This document shows positions 24,879 to 26,075 of a DNA stretch of 26,075 nt, piece by piece. The number at the start of each line of letters is the position of its first letter. The first letter of the stretch is position 1. Under the pieces are notes generated by a model. The model was not told the origin of the DNA, did no database searches, and was given only the letters and a program-made list of their open reading frames with translations. The translations under genes were made by a program, and so were the position numbers. Location: assembly GCA_048881705.1 (NCBI GenBank), contig JBHLSH010000056.1, positions 1-26,075 of the forward strand. The letters are read 5' to 3'. Origin of the DNA: Candidatus Heimdallarchaeota archaeon (GTDB lineage: Archaea > Asgardarchaeota > Heimdallarchaeia > Hodarchaeales > Hodarchaeaceae).

Positions 24879-25712
24879 AGAAGAACCAGAAGCGATGTCG
24901 GATTCGTCAATCAGAGATTTGATCTTTTCATATTTGCTGCTCTCTATCAAGTCTGACGTATTTAGTATTTCTTTCCCCTTTTCGGTTACTTTCCAAATTT
25001 TATAATGCTCGCTAAATTCTAATTCCCCAGCCGCCCTGGACTTGCGTAGGATGGCTAGGATTTTATCTCGGTCATAACTTACTTGTCCAGTGCGAGCCAT
25101 TATTTCGAGCTGACCGAGTAAAGCTAGAATCGCCAGTCCCTCCTGTTGGTTATTCAACATATCGAGAATATAAATTCTAAACAACCTGGCTTCTTGATCA
25201 TCCACTAGGGTCTCGTCTTCATTGAGACGCGTTTGGATCCAAGTGAGAACTCGTTCGAACTCACGAGGCTCTTGTGCAGTACTCAAGAACACTCTATGGG
25301 GCCGATCGTACCTATCGAGCAGATCGAGCCGCTCAATTATGATGGACGGATGGATGAGTGCAATGTCATTTTTGTGAAAAAGAACCGCTATTGGTTTTCC
25401 TATTGATTGAGGATGAGCAAGTATTTTTTGGAACTCCGAGGCCACTTCATCAAATTTTCGTTCATCGCTTCCATCTATAACGAAGATAATCGCGTCCACA
25501 TACCCAACAAACTCCGAGACGAAATTTCTTACTTCTCGTCTTCCTCCGATCTCTAGGATACTAAAATGCGTATTATTGTAGGTAAGTTCTGTTAAACTTT
25601 GAGCCGTAAACGGTGTTCCCTCCGTGAACTGACCTGCCTGAAATGAATTGACCAGTGTTGTTTTACCGCTCCTTTCTAAACCAAATAGTAAAATCCGAAT
25701 TGGCCTTGCCAG
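24765..25712 (-). CDS. Arf/Sar-like small GTPase fused to C-terminal winged helix; start non-canonical (CTG) or frameshifted
   Basis: Upstream of the tracked GTG 25499 the open frame encodes IRILLFGLERSGKTT (G1) and FSILEIGGRREVR (G3-like); downstream DAIIFVIDGSD, HKND (G4), STA (G5); C-terminal ...WKVTEKGKEIL is wHTH-like. Confidence 0.8.
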   Translation of the reverse strand: MARPIRILLFGLERSGKTTLVNSFQAGQFTEGTPFTAQSLTELTYNNTHFSILEIGGRREVRNFVSEFVGYVDAIIFVIDGSDERKFDEVASEFQKILAHPQSIGKPIAVLFHKNDIALIHPSIIIERLDLLDRYDRPHRVFLSTAQEPREFERVLTWIQTRLNEDETLVDDQEARLFRIYILDMLNNQQEGLAILALLGQLEIMARTGQVSYDRDKILAILRKSRAAGELEFSEHYKIWKVTEKGKEILNTSDLIESSKYEKIKSLIDESDIASGSSKDKESIGYREQKELLEEFDLEELAELYKKKSDEKRGY

Positions 25713-26075
25713 TTTTGATTCCCCGTTTTTTCGCTCATTAGTTGTTTCTGGTTAAGCGATATCATAATATGCCTAGTTTCTTATAAGGCTTTCAGTAGAA
25801 TAAAGGAAATTTCTGTGTATTTCAAAGAGGTTCTTAAAATCTGGACTTAAGAATTGGCATTTTGCTGGTAATGGATTTACGGTTTATGAAATCAAATTAA
25901 AGCACATTTAAAGTGAAAGATATTTACACAGGGGTCGGTCGCTATTCGTAGAAGATGGTATTAAAATCGGGCGGTTTTTGTTTGGAAAGAAGGATGATTT
26001 TCCGACACCGAAGAATCACAGTTATCTGTGAATTTTAATCTGGATATAAGATGAGAATTGAAGGGATTTTGAGTA

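Noticed and set aside
25724-25738. Programmed -1 frameshift at AAAAAAC
   Set aside because: The heptamer is not phased as X XXY YYZ relative to ATG 25738 (codons GAA AAA ACG), so canonical tandem slippage is not supported.
1-26075. CRISPR arrays, tRNA/rRNA genes, IS elements, integrases
   Set aside because: No regularly spaced repeats, cloverleaf or rRNA-like segments, terminal inverted repeats or transposase/integrase motifs were seen by eye.
26051-26075. Possible gene start ATGAGAATTGAAGGG at the window edge
   Set aside because: Only 8 codons are visible; cannot be evaluated.

Overview
Low-GC archaeal window. It is most likely from an Asgard archaeon (Heimdallarchaeia/Hodarchaeales-like). 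This is an inference from an Arf-like small GTPase, a longin/uDENN-like protein, a long TPR protein, form III RuBisCO and an archaeal-type TyrRS. Left to right it contains: a minus-strand metal operon (MntR/DtxR repressor with a perfect palindromic operator, two paralogous two-domain multicopper oxidases, a ZIP transporter); a NosD/beta-helix surface protein; two convergent DNA methyltransferases with no visible restriction nuclease; tyrS; a hypothetical gene; a CDF transporter; rbcL; pepA; a loose metallochaperone cluster (HMA, Nif3, a small YHS/TRASH ORF missed by the ORF track); and a signalling-like block (longin-like, small membrane protein, duplicated GTPase-tail fragment, ParA/MinD, RHH-RHH-wHTH protein, secreted protein, TPR protein, Arf-wHTH fusion). 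The standout is the multicopper oxidase pair. The two genes are translationally coupled and have lost complementary halves of the trinuclear copper ligand set, mirroring the first and last two-domain units of ceruloplasmin. This suggests an obligate heteromeric ferroxidase-like enzyme paired with a ZIP transporter. Two conserved genes (CDF, Arf-like GTPase) lack an in-frame ATG/GTG/TTG upstream of their conserved N-termini. No rRNA, tRNA, CRISPR array or transposase was recognised. All family assignments are by-eye motif recognition; no searches were run.
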